DNA of 64,000 nt from assembly GCA_051439605.1 (NCBI GenBank), contig JBFRWN010000044.1, positions 64,001 to 128,000 on the forward strand. Reading direction: 5' to 3'. Made by a program: the position numbers and the translations under genes. The notes under the pieces were generated by a model that saw only the letters and a program-made list of their open reading frames with translations, was not told where the DNA came from and did not search any database. Within the stretch, counting starts at the first letter, position 1, and every line of letters starts with the position of its first letter. This document shows, one piece after another, positions 18,069 through 27,244 of the stretch. This DNA comes from Synechococcus sp. Its GTDB lineage: Bacteria; Cyanobacteriota; Cyanobacteriia; Thermostichales; PCC-7336.

Positions 18069-20300
18069 ATGAAAATCCCCTTTCAAAAATTGCAGCCCCA
18101 GCAGGGGAACAACACTGGTGATGACCGTGGACTAGGCACTTTTGGTGGCGTGTACACCCCGTCTATTCTGACCATCTTGGGGGTCATCATGTACCTCCGG
18201 TTTGGTTGGGTGGTGGGGAATGTGGGGTTGATAGGGACGATTACTATCGTGGCTCTGTCCACCTCGATTACGTTCCTAACGGCGCTGTCGGTTTGCGCGA
18301 TCGCCACCGATCGCGTTGTGCGAGTGGGGGGAGCTTACTATATGATCAGTCGCTCGCTTGGGATTGAAATTGGGGGAGCGGTTGGGATCCCACTGTATTT
18401 TGCTCAGGCACTGTCTGTGGCCCTTTATACGATAGGTTTTGCTGAAAGTGTCTCTCTGGCATTCACGAATCTAGATCGTGGGCTAATAGCTCTGATTACA
18501 ACCGTGATAGTTGCCGTGATTGCCCTCACTTCGGCGAACGCAGCAATCAAAACTCAATTTCTGATCATGGCTGCGATTGCCATGTCGCTGATTAGCCTAC
18601 TGTTCGGACACCCCATCGATCCTAACGATCTTGTTGTTTCAGAAATTGCAGCAAACCCCGTTTCGTTTTGGCAGGCTTTTGCAGTGTTTTTCCCTGCAGT
18701 AACGGGGATTATGGCAGGGGTAAACCTATCGGGGGACCTAAAGGATCCAACGCAATCTCTGCCTGTGGGAACCCTTGCAGCAGTGGGCACTGGCTTCGCT
18801 ATCTATCTGGTATTGCCTGTGATTTTGGCGGTTAGAGTCAACGATCCAGCGACGTTGATTGCCGAGCCTCTCATTATGCAGAAGATAGCCCTTTGGGGGC
18901 CGGCCATTTTGATTGGGGTGTGGGGAGCCACCTTATCTAGCGCGATCGGAAGTATTTTAGGGGCTCCAAGAGTATTGCAGGCCCTAGCTCGAGATGGGGT
19001 ACTGCCCCGCTGGTTGCGGCTGTTGGGGACGGGCAGTGGCCCCAGCGACGAACCACGCATTGGCACAATGTTCACTCTTGGAGTGGCTCTACTGGCGGTT
19101 TTTCTCGGAGACTTGAACGCGATCGCCCCAGTCCTGACGATGTTTTTTCTCACTACCTATCTGGTCCTCAATGTGGCTGCTGGGATCGAGAGCTTCGTCC
19201 AAAGTCCTTCATTTCGTCCAACGTTTCCAGTGGCTTGGTGGTTGTCTATTTTGGGAGCTGCAGGCTGTATTGTCGTGATGTTTTTGATCGATCCCAGGGC
19301 AACTTTACTAGCCGCATTGGTGGTGTTAGGTATTTATTTTCGACTGCAACAGCAGTCTCTCATTGCAACTTGGGGGGATGCCCGGACGGGCTTAAGATTG
19401 GCGTTACTGCGGGAGGGGATTTTTCAGTTAGATCCCACCACAGACTCCGATCCAAAGAATTGGCGACCCCACGTTCTGGCCCTGACTGGTGCTCCCCAGC
19501 GCCGCTGGGCACTAGTGGAATTTGCCGATAGATTGGTCAACAATCGTGGATTGATCACCATCGCTAGTATCTTGCCAAGCGGCTCTCGTGACAGTAAGCA
19601 ACGGGCCAGCATGGAACTCACCATTCGCGATTACCTCGACAAACGGGGCGTACAGTCTCTGGTGCGGGTGATTTCAGCATCCGATCCCTTCGATGGGGCG
19701 CGGCAGTTGGTGGAAACCTACGGAATTGGTCCCCTGGTTCCCAATATGGTGGTGATGGGGGCCAACGGTGACGCAGATCGCCTCCAGACCTACTGCAAGC
19801 TGGTGGAAGATATTCATTTTTCTGGCCGCAGTCTGGCCATTCTTAAGGAGCACCCCGAACGGGGATTTGGCATCAAGCGTCGCATCGATGTGTGGTGGCG
19901 GGGATTGCAAGGAAATGGTGCCTTGATGCTGCTGCTGGCGGATTTGCTGCGCAACAATTTGGAATGGCGCGATGCTACCATCTATCTCAAGTTGGTGGTT
20001 CCCAACGAAAGTGCCGCCCAATCTGCAGAAAGCAACATAGCGCAGTTGATTAGTGACTTGCGTATTGAAGGCACCGAAACGGTGGTCATTCAAGCACAGG
20101 ACCGTAACTTTGATGAGATATTAGCCGAGAATTCCCGCAACACAGATTTAGTGTTTTTGGGGATGGCTCAACCGGAGAATAGCGAAGCTTTTTTGGAACA
20201 TTATCTACGGCTGGAACAACTATCAAACCAGCTCCCCACCACAGTCTTTGTTTTAGCTGCTCCCAATTCAGCCTTTGCGAATATTTTGGCGTCACAATAG
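18069..20300 (+). CDS. Cation-chloride cotransporter (SLC12/CCC-like) family permease
   Basis: GTFGGVYTPSILTILGVIMYLR, GGAYYMISRSLG, FFPAVTGIMAG, KNWRP, IDVWW in the cytosolic C-terminal domain. Confidence 0.85.
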   Translation: MKIPFQKLQPQQGNNTGDDRGLGTFGGVYTPSILTILGVIMYLRFGWVVGNVGLIGTITIVALSTSITFLTALSVCAIATDRVVRVGGAYYMISRSLGIEIGGAVGIPLYFAQALSVALYTIGFAESVSLAFTNLDRGLIALITTVIVAVIALTSANAAIKTQFLIMAAIAMSLISLLFGHPIDPNDLVVSEIAANPVSFWQAFAVFFPAVTGIMAGVNLSGDLKDPTQSLPVGTLAAVGTGFAIYLVLPVILAVRVNDPATLIAEPLIMQKIALWGPAILIGVWGATLSSAIGSILGAPRVLQALARDGVLPRWLRLLGTGSGPSDEPRIGTMFTLGVALLAVFLGDLNAIAPVLTMFFLTTYLVLNVAAGIESFVQSPSFRPTFPVAWWLSILGAAGCIVVMFLIDPRATLLAALVVLGIYFRLQQQSLIATWGDARTGLRLALLREGIFQLDPTTDSDPKNWRPHVLALTGAPQRRWALVEFADRLVNNRGLITIASILPSGSRDSKQRASMELTIRDYLDKRGVQSLVRVISASDPFDGARQLVETYGIGPLVPNMVVMGANGDADRLQTYCKLVEDIHFSGRSLAILKEHPERGFGIKRRIDVWWRGLQGNGALMLLLADLLRNNLEWRDATIYLKLVVPNESAAQSAESNIAQLISDLRIEGTETVVIQAQDRNFDEILAENSRNTDLVFLGMAQPENSEAFLEHYLRLEQLSNQLPTTVFVLAAPNSAFANILASQ

Positions 20301-20563
20301 TCGAACCTATCAACTGCCTAGAACTCGCAATTCATTCGGAAATGGCTACAGCTCCTATGAATGACAGAGATAGGGTTCATTATTCGACCCGCTGTAGAGA
20401 GATTTCATTCTAGATCTGAGCAACGAGTTTACAGGCTTGCAGGCATCAACGGATAGAGTTAATGAGTGCCGAAGCAAAGTATTCTTGCCAGTGCAGTGGA
20501 TGTGTTGCAACTACTTGGGAATACAGACCAATCGTTTACAGCTCCGTTCGCCTATATCTATGC

Positions 20564-20577
20564 GTAGCAAATGCTAC
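20564..20577. promoter_or_regulatory. NtcA-type site (GTA-N8-TAC), distal
   Basis: GTAGCAAATGCTAC, with perfectly inverted arms GTAGCA/TGCTAC. Confidence 0.5.
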
Positions 20578-20916
20578 ACAAAAGAGGAGGTCACGACCTT
20601 CCCTCACTATTCTTATGTAATCTTTACAATACTGCAGATGGTCTTTCGAAAATGAGCAACAGTTAGCAATCCCAAGAGTTTCTTGAAGTCTGTACTTTGC
20701 GGCCCGTTGTAGATAAATATATTCGGTTGAAGGTAGTTCATCCCTATCAAAACACTGAAAGTCGTAGGAATTTCTTAGATTTCTCACGCACTGTACCTCC
20801 ATAGGGTGAGGAGACTGTGGAGAAAATGTCACTGCAACTTCAGCTTTACAATCCATCGATCCCTACCGGAGAGAATTTGGGTAGCGCTTGTGGATGTCGA
20901 GGTTCATGGCAATGAA

Positions 20917-20959
20917 GTAGCTACAGTTACAATCCACCTCCGTAACCTGTTGATACGTT
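20917..20959 (+). promoter_or_regulatory. NtcA-activated class II promoter of nrrA
   Basis: GTAGCTACAGTTAC (20917-20930), a 23-nt spacer, then TACGTT (TAN3T, 20954-20959). nrrA is an established NtcA target. Confidence 0.8.
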
Positions 20960-21021
20960 AGCTAGCAATTCGACCGGAGAACGATCCGGCATAGTCCGCC
21001 GGTTTGGTAAGGAGTTCTGAA

Positions 21022-21792
21022 GTGGTCTCGTTGCACATTCAGATTGTTGAAGGAAATCCTCATCTACAAACGCTGTTAGCTTGGCAGTTAGAGCAGGCCG
21101 GTCATGTTGTCCATGCTTGCAACAGCGCGGAGCAGGCCAAATCAGATTTACGCAAGCGGCTAACCCATATTTTGGTGGTAGATGGTGATTTACCCAACGG
21201 AGCCGGTAGAGAGTTGTGCCAGTGGGCTTACAATCAACTTGATGTCGCCATCCTGTTGCTATCCGTTAACGATAGTGAGGCAGAGATCGTAAGTGGGTTG
21301 CAGTCTGGGGCAGATGACTACATGACCAAACCGATGAGCATGCAGGTGTTTGCGGCTCGTGTAGAGACCTTGGCCCGCCGTCTCAAGCGCAATACTCCCC
21401 CTTCCAGCTTGAACTATTCCACCCTTAAAATTGACTTAGTACAGCGACAGGTGACCGTCAGCGATCGCGCAGTGGAGCTTACTCCGCAGGAATTCAGTCT
21501 GCTGTTTGTGCTAGCTCAGGCATCGGGGCAGGCTTTATCTCGATCCGAGCTATTGCAGCGTGCATGGCCGGATGCGATTGATAATCCCCGTACCGTCGAT
21601 ACCCACATCCTTTCGCTGCGCAAAAAGCTAGAGGCGAATCCCCAGCAACCCCACCTGATCCAAACGGTACGGAACGTAGGTTATCGTCTCTACCCCGACG
21701 CAGCAGCCACAAACAGTGCTGCTCAAACCACACCGATACCGACCACCGTCGAGCGCATTCGTACCCCTCAGCCAGTCGCTGCTCGCCATTAA
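21022..21792 (+). CDS. nrrA: OmpR-family nitrogen-regulated response regulator NrrA/Rre37
   Basis: Diagnostic IQIVEGNPHL start and winged-helix AWPDAIDNPRTVDTHILSLRKK. GTG start with AAGGAG RBS and an NtcA promoter upstream. Confidence 0.85.
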   Translation: MVSLHIQIVEGNPHLQTLLAWQLEQAGHVVHACNSAEQAKSDLRKRLTHILVVDGDLPNGAGRELCQWAYNQLDVAILLLSVNDSEAEIVSGLQSGADDYMTKPMSMQVFAARVETLARRLKRNTPPSSLNYSTLKIDLVQRQVTVSDRAVELTPQEFSLLFVLAQASGQALSRSELLQRAWPDAIDNPRTVDTHILSLRKKLEANPQQPHLIQTVRNVGYRLYPDAAATNSAAQTTPIPTTVERIRTPQPVAARH

Positions 21793-21858
21793 TTACAACC
21801 CGCGAAGAGTTCTGGCACGCTCTTTCTGATTCTGCTTGGGGGGGATGTTAGGCTTTGG

Positions 21859-22383
21859 CTATCGCGACTCGTGCAGGGGATATTGACCCTGTCGGTGAGC
21901 GATCGCCAGGGTCCAATAATTTTCAGCATGCTGAACCAGCTCTTCAATTTCCTCGGGAGATAGCGATCGTCGGGGCTTCGCAGGGGTGCCCACCACCAGA
22001 GTTCCAGGCTCGACAGATTTGGTCACAATGGCCCCTGCTCCCACAATGCTGCCCGCACCGATCCTGACGTCATTCATGACAATTGCCCCCATTCCAATCA
22101 GACTGCCCCGCTCGATATGAGCGGAATGGACAATTGCCTTGTGACCGATGGTGACAAAGTCCTCCAAAATCACGGGGAGATCGCGATCTCCATGGATAAC
22201 TGCCCCATCTTGGACGTTACAACAGCGTCCAAGATCGATGGCGGTTATATCCCCCCGGAGAACAGCTCCAAACCAAATATTGCTTTGGGCTTGCAGGGTG
22301 ACATTCCCACACACAACTGCCGTAGAAGCAATCCAGCTCTCGGGGTGGATGGTGGGTTGGCAAATGGGGGGAGGATTTGACAT
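21859..22383 (-). CDS. Gamma carbonic anhydrase family protein
   Basis: Hexapeptide repeats, IWFGAVLRGD, NVQDGAVIH, TIGHKAIVH. Likely start at 22383. Confidence 0.9.
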   Translation of the reverse strand: MSNPPPICQPTIHPESWIASTAVVCGNVTLQAQSNIWFGAVLRGDITAIDLGRCCNVQDGAVIHGDRDLPVILEDFVTIGHKAIVHSAHIERGSLIGMGAIVMNDVRIGAGSIVGAGAIVTKSVEPGTLVVGTPAKPRRSLSPEEIEELVQHAENYWTLAIAHRQGQYPLHESR

Positions 22384-22552
22384 TGGGTTTGTGACATTAG
22401 AGTTGGGGAACAGGTTTTTTCTGTGGCTATTCAAACGTTGATATCGGTCTGAATGGCTGGAGCGTATCAAGTTTCGGTAACAGCTTGCAGGATAGTCCCA
22501 TTGCCTCAGCTACCATTGGGGCGTTCCAACCGTTTGTTTGGCTCTTCAGTGC

Positions 22553-24964
22553 ATGGCTCACATCAACGAACGCAATCTGCTCGGGTCTAGAGGTTTGGGT
22601 GCAGCCAGTTTAAGCAGCTTAGGGTTAAGAGGCTTAGGTCTATCTGTGGGGATAGTAAGCCTGGGCTTGTTGTCTGAACCCATTCTGCAGCGATCGCAAG
22701 CAACCTCATCACTCTTTGCACAGCCGGTAGAGGCAAATCCGGTACAGCCTAACGATGGGTCGACAGTTGTCTTGGGCAACTGTAACGGTCAGTGCGCGAT
22801 CGCAGGAGGAGAGCGGACAGGTGTGAACCGCTTCCACAGCTTTACTCAGTTTTCGGTGCCCGATGGAGCCACGGTTGCCTTTACGAACAATGACTCAGGA
22901 GTCGCTAACGCCATTGCCCGCATTACTGGGGGAGACCCTACGGAGATCTACGGAACATTAGCCAGCTCCGGAGCTTTCCCTAATTTCAATTTGTACTTGC
23001 TCAATCCCAGCGGTCTGATTGTGGGGCCAGATGCAACCATCGCTATCGGCGGTGCGTTTGTGGGTTCCACTGCAGATGCTGTGGAGTTTGGCTCCCTTGG
23101 AGAATGGGATACAAGTGAGGGGGGGTCGCCAGCTGGATTGACCGTCCACCCCAGTGCCCTGCTGTTTAAGCACCTGCAGTCCCCGGGGGCAATTGCAATA
23201 GAAGGTCTCCCTCTGGTTCCCAATACCGCTCCCGATCCGCAGTTTATTGTGGGACTGGGGGGTAGTCCTTCATCCCTACTACTGGCGGGGGGCTCTATCA
23301 CTGTAGAGAGCAGCATCATGGTAGCTCTTGACGGTGGCAATGTTACTCTGGCCGCTCTGGGCGACGAAGGGGGTAGGGTGGGGCTCAAAAGGATGGGGTC
23401 ATCTTTGCTGGAAGCTGATTTCCGCAGTAATCCTGGGCGGGGGGATATCACCATTGCAAACGGATCGCTGCTCAGAGCCATCGATGGCGGGACGATTTCG
23501 TTTCGTGGGGAGAATTTCACAATTCGGAACAACTCGTTTGTGGGACTGCGGGGAGATTTGCAAGATGGGCCTCCTGGCGATCGCAGTCCGATTGCTCTAG
23601 ATGTCAGCGGTGTCGCTCGGTTCGAAAACTTTGGCATTTTCTTTGGAGACACCTCAGGGGCAGAGGACGCTGCTCCAGTGACGATTCGGGCGGGGGAGAC
23701 GGTGCTGATGGACAACGTCGGGGCCATTTCCAGCCGGACGTTTGGGTCTGGGAATGGAGGTCGAATTGACATTCGAACAAACCGTCTGGAGATGCGCGAT
23801 CAGTCTCGTATTGCCGCTGACACGGGTGGGACGGGAGATGGGGGGGAGATTGCTATCGCTGCCAAATCAGTATTGATTGAAGGCACCGGCTCAGAACTGA
23901 TCGAGGATCGCACTGCTATTAATACGTTTTCCCTCAGCCAGAAAGATTTAGACTCCACTTCCCTGGGGGTCGATGTAGTAAAGATTCCTGATAATGTTGG
24001 CAATGCCGGTACGGTGATCGTTCGTGCCGAGGAGATGCAACTGACAAATGCCGGATTTATTGGAACGGTCTCCAATACCTCTGGGAATGCTGGCAGTGTT
24101 GATTTACAAGTCACTAATAGATTGCAGCTATCCGATCGCTCGGCGATCGAGGTGGGAAGTTTTGGGTCGGGGGATGCCGGTCAAGCGCGGGTGTCAGCTG
24201 GCTTTTTAAAACTTGAGGATGGCTCGCAAATTTCGGCCGAGAGCACTGAGGGCAGTGGTGGAAATATCGATATTTCGGTGGATGAGCTGCTGCTGATGCG
24301 TCGCAATAGTGCCATTACGGCAGCGGCCAATCGGGATGGTGGAGACATCTCCATCGATGCGGAGTTCGTGGTGGCGGGGCCCAATAATAACGACATCACC
24401 GCTGACGCCGTTCAGGGTCTAGGTGGCAATATCATCGTCACTTCGCGGGGGCTTTTCGGCCTCGAACTGCGGGACGATCCTAGCCCCCAAAGCAGCGACA
24501 TTTCTGTTTCTTCCTTGTTTGCCTTTAATCAGGTGGGCGATCGCGATTTGCGCCGAGAGCTATTCGAACCGCTGTTTGTTGAGGTTCCTGCCGATCCAGC
24601 CAAGCTAGTGAACGATCTATGCCGGTTGGACCCTGGAGAGTCAGTAGAAGACATCGGACAGTTCGTGTACGTGGGGCGCGGTGGGTTGCCTCTAAGCCCT
24701 AGCGATCCGCTGCTGGCTGAGATGCCCCACAGCCCTTGGGTGGAGAGAGAGGAGCTGCCCCCGTCTTCGGTGACACAGAGAGATTCATATGAGGAGACAT
24801 CTCAGGAATCACGGATTCCCCTTCCGTCCGAGCCCCCCCTAGAAATTGTAGAAGCCCAAGGATTGGGGACCGATACAATGGGACGAGTCACTCTGACTGC
24901 GAACACAAATGGAGCACAAGCGGTTGCCACTACTTTTTCGTCCCAAAGCTGTGGCGCATCTTAG
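22553..24964 (+). CDS. Filamentous haemagglutinin N-terminal (TPS) domain secreted protein
   Basis: Signal-like N-terminus, NRFHSFTQFSV, NLYLLNPSG, beta-helix repeats (GNAGxI), cyanobacterial C-terminal GRGGLP and IVEAQG motifs. Confidence 0.8.
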   Translation: MAHINERNLLGSRGLGAASLSSLGLRGLGLSVGIVSLGLLSEPILQRSQATSSLFAQPVEANPVQPNDGSTVVLGNCNGQCAIAGGERTGVNRFHSFTQFSVPDGATVAFTNNDSGVANAIARITGGDPTEIYGTLASSGAFPNFNLYLLNPSGLIVGPDATIAIGGAFVGSTADAVEFGSLGEWDTSEGGSPAGLTVHPSALLFKHLQSPGAIAIEGLPLVPNTAPDPQFIVGLGGSPSSLLLAGGSITVESSIMVALDGGNVTLAALGDEGGRVGLKRMGSSLLEADFRSNPGRGDITIANGSLLRAIDGGTISFRGENFTIRNNSFVGLRGDLQDGPPGDRSPIALDVSGVARFENFGIFFGDTSGAEDAAPVTIRAGETVLMDNVGAISSRTFGSGNGGRIDIRTNRLEMRDQSRIAADTGGTGDGGEIAIAAKSVLIEGTGSELIEDRTAINTFSLSQKDLDSTSLGVDVVKIPDNVGNAGTVIVRAEEMQLTNAGFIGTVSNTSGNAGSVDLQVTNRLQLSDRSAIEVGSFGSGDAGQARVSAGFLKLEDGSQISAESTEGSGGNIDISVDELLLMRRNSAITAAANRDGGDISIDAEFVVAGPNNNDITADAVQGLGGNIIVTSRGLFGLELRDDPSPQSSDISVSSLFAFNQVGDRDLRRELFEPLFVEVPADPAKLVNDLCRLDPGESVEDIGQFVYVGRGGLPLSPSDPLLAEMPHSPWVEREELPPSSVTQRDSYEETSQESRIPLPSEPPLEIVEAQGLGTDTMGRVTLTANTNGAQAVATTFSSQSCGAS

Positions 24965-25018
24965 CGTTGAGTCGCGTCTTAACGTTACTTTGTGTAGCTC
25001 CGTAAAAGATGAGCAACA

Positions 25019-25636
25019 CTATATCTCTAGCCCCGTACCTGCTAGACAAGCCCCCTCTAAAATCGCATCGCCGATCGCACTGGGATCGACCGTTGCACAC
25101 AGTAAATTGGCTTGCACAAGATTTGTTCCTTTCAAGATGGCCCCCTGCAGATTGGACTCTTCTAAGTTGGCCCGCAGGAGATCGGCCCCCGACAAATTCG
25201 CGTTACTGAGGTCCACCTGCTGCAGCACAGCCCCTACCAAATTGACGCCGCGCATGTCCGCGCCGCGAAAATCAGACAGCGGTAAAGAGGGATTACCGAA
25301 GGTCGCGCCTGCCAAAAATGCGCCGGCAAAACTGATCTGAAGCCCTTCAACATCTAAGAAAAGAGCACCACGGCAATCTGCTCCACGAAAATCTGCCCCT
25401 GACAAATTCGCGCCGGTTAAATCCACTCCTCTCAGATTGGCGCGCACTGTCGCCCCCGCCAAATCTGCCCCTGCCAGATTGGCTCCACTGAGATCGGCAC
25501 CACTGAGATCTGCCCCCGCCAGATGGGCTCCGGCGAGATTGATCCCTCCCAGATTTGCTCCTGCTAAAAATTTGATATCCCCTCGGCGAATAGCGTCTAA
25601 GTCAAGAGTCTGGGCCTGTTCTAACGGCAGGTTCAT
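25019..25636 (-). CDS. Pentapeptide repeat protein
   Basis: Extended A(D/N)Lxx repeats. The ATG at 25636 overlaps the upstream stop codon (ATGA). Confidence 0.9.
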   Translation of the reverse strand: MNLPLEQAQTLDLDAIRRGDIKFLAGANLGGINLAGAHLAGADLSGADLSGANLAGADLAGATVRANLRGVDLTGANLSGADFRGADCRGALFLDVEGLQISFAGAFLAGATFGNPSLPLSDFRGADMRGVNLVGAVLQQVDLSNANLSGADLLRANLEESNLQGAILKGTNLVQANLLCATVDPSAIGDAILEGACLAGTGLEI

Positions 25637-27060
25637 TGAGCCACCTCCGATTTCAGTGGTCCCTCTACTGTTTCCTCCAGCCACACTGTGGGAATCTGAC
25701 TGGGCTGTTGAGGCATTTGCAGCATGCCCACTTCAGCAAGTCTCACCACCGTAGTTAAGGCAGTTACTAGGGCGGGATCGAACCGAGAGTCACTCAGCTT
25801 TTCGCATTCTGACAAGGCTTCGCTGGGGGATAGGGCAACGCGATCGCCGCGTGGCTGGGTCAAGTTTTGGAAAAAGGCTGCTAGACCCAATATGCGGGAT
25901 TCCAGCGGAATTTCTCCCCCCTGCAATCCATCGGGTCGACCGCTGCCATTCCAATGCTCTAGCTGGTGGTTGACGATGGCAATGACCGGTTTGAGTTCCG
26001 GCATAGAGGACAGTAGCTGAGCTCCGATAGAGCCGCGATCTCGCCAAAATGTCGGGCTGCGTTCGTCCAGTTCAGCTGCAGTCAGGCTAAATACCTCTGA
26101 TGGTGCCTCGGACAGGCCAATACGAAATAACAGTCCTGCTAAACGCAGCCTGCGCAGTTGAATGGTGGAAATATCGAGGATTTGTCCGAGAGTCTCTGAG
26201 AGTGCAGACACCTGTAGCGAAGCTACGGGATTGAAGGGGTCCCGCTCGTCCACCCGCTGGGCCATGCGCAAAAAAGCCTGCAGCTTGTTGGCGGTGATAT
26301 TGCGATTGAGGCGTTTGGCTTGCCCTTCTAAATCCCATAGCTCGCGGGTTTGTCGCTGGGTGGCTACCAGTTGCTCTTGGCTGCTCTGCAAGTAGGTCAC
26401 AATGCGGGACACCACGCCGCTGAGGTCGGCGGGGGGACAGTCGGAGCAAGTGCTGATGCTTGCTAGTTCTGAGGTCAGGCGGGCGGCCAGATCGCGGTTG
26501 TAGGGCTGAATGCGATCGATGGAAATTTCAGCCGCCCTCACCACTAAATCCCTTTCAAAGGTCCACAACCCGTAAAATTTGCGTTCTACATCGCGAGCGG
26601 GCTGCATCCCCTCCCAGTATTCACTATTCTCTAGTTCGTGACAGAGCACCATGGCGGAATAGCTGGGGGCCAAGATGATTAAGTTCCATTCCTCCACCCA
26701 AGAATCTGATGGGTCGAGATCCACCAACGACACGTTCGCTTTTTCACCCGTGGGGTGGCTGTGAAAGCCGCTATCGGCTACAGCAGCGATCGCCACGTGG
26801 CGAGACTGTGCAGCGATGTCGAGATAGCGATCAGCTTCTTGTAGGTACCATTTTCCCTGCTGAAAGGTCACTAGAACCAGTGGGGAATTAGTCTCTGATG
26901 TCTCCGTGTTACCTTCCCCTGCAGCCATTTGCAAAATGTGATCCTCAAGGGCGTGGCAGAGGGCAACCAGAGTGTTTTTGTAATAGACACCAAAGCTAGA
27001 TGGCAAGCGGCCCGCGGGCAAGGTGGCTTTGAGCTGGTTGAGGGTGGACTCCGGGCGCAT
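25633..27060 (-). CDS. DICT sensory domain plus degenerate HD-GYP domain protein
   Basis: N-terminal YYKNTLVALCHALED...FQQGKWY...EWNLIIL...FYGLWTF (DICT). C-terminal EHWNGSGRPDGL..EIPLESRIL...RFDP (HD-GYP-like). Confidence 0.8.
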   Translation of the reverse strand: MRPESTLNQLKATLPAGRLPSSFGVYYKNTLVALCHALEDHILQMAAGEGNTETSETNSPLVLVTFQQGKWYLQEADRYLDIAAQSRHVAIAAVADSGFHSHPTGEKANVSLVDLDPSDSWVEEWNLIILAPSYSAMVLCHELENSEYWEGMQPARDVERKFYGLWTFERDLVVRAAEISIDRIQPYNRDLAARLTSELASISTCSDCPPADLSGVVSRIVTYLQSSQEQLVATQRQTRELWDLEGQAKRLNRNITANKLQAFLRMAQRVDERDPFNPVASLQVSALSETLGQILDISTIQLRRLRLAGLLFRIGLSEAPSEVFSLTAAELDERSPTFWRDRGSIGAQLLSSMPELKPVIAIVNHQLEHWNGSGRPDGLQGGEIPLESRILGLAAFFQNLTQPRGDRVALSPSEALSECEKLSDSRFDPALVTALTTVVRLAEVGMLQMPQQPSQIPTVWLEETVEGPLKSEVAQ

Positions 27061-27244
27061 GGTAGTGGAACGTGCGATTAGGTTGATTGTAGGATGTCAT
27101 ATTTTGTCAGAGCCACAAGGGGTGAGAGGAGAGATTGACATGAATGTTTGATTTTCTGCGGAACTGGATAGTCCCTGCCGCAACAATCTGTAAACAGCGG
27201 TTAACGTATACGTAACCCTATCCTCCCAGTCACAGGACAATCTC

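Noticed and set aside
20536..20856. 106-aa minus-strand ORF upstream of nrrA
   Set aside because: No recognisable domain, and it overlaps the distal NtcA-type site. Not called as a CDS, though not excluded.
22948..23772. 274-aa antisense ORF within the FHA-like gene, and similar antisense ORFs in tamB, atpD, gap2, htpG and the WD40 gene
   Set aside because: Shadow ORFs expected from codon bias on the opposite strand.
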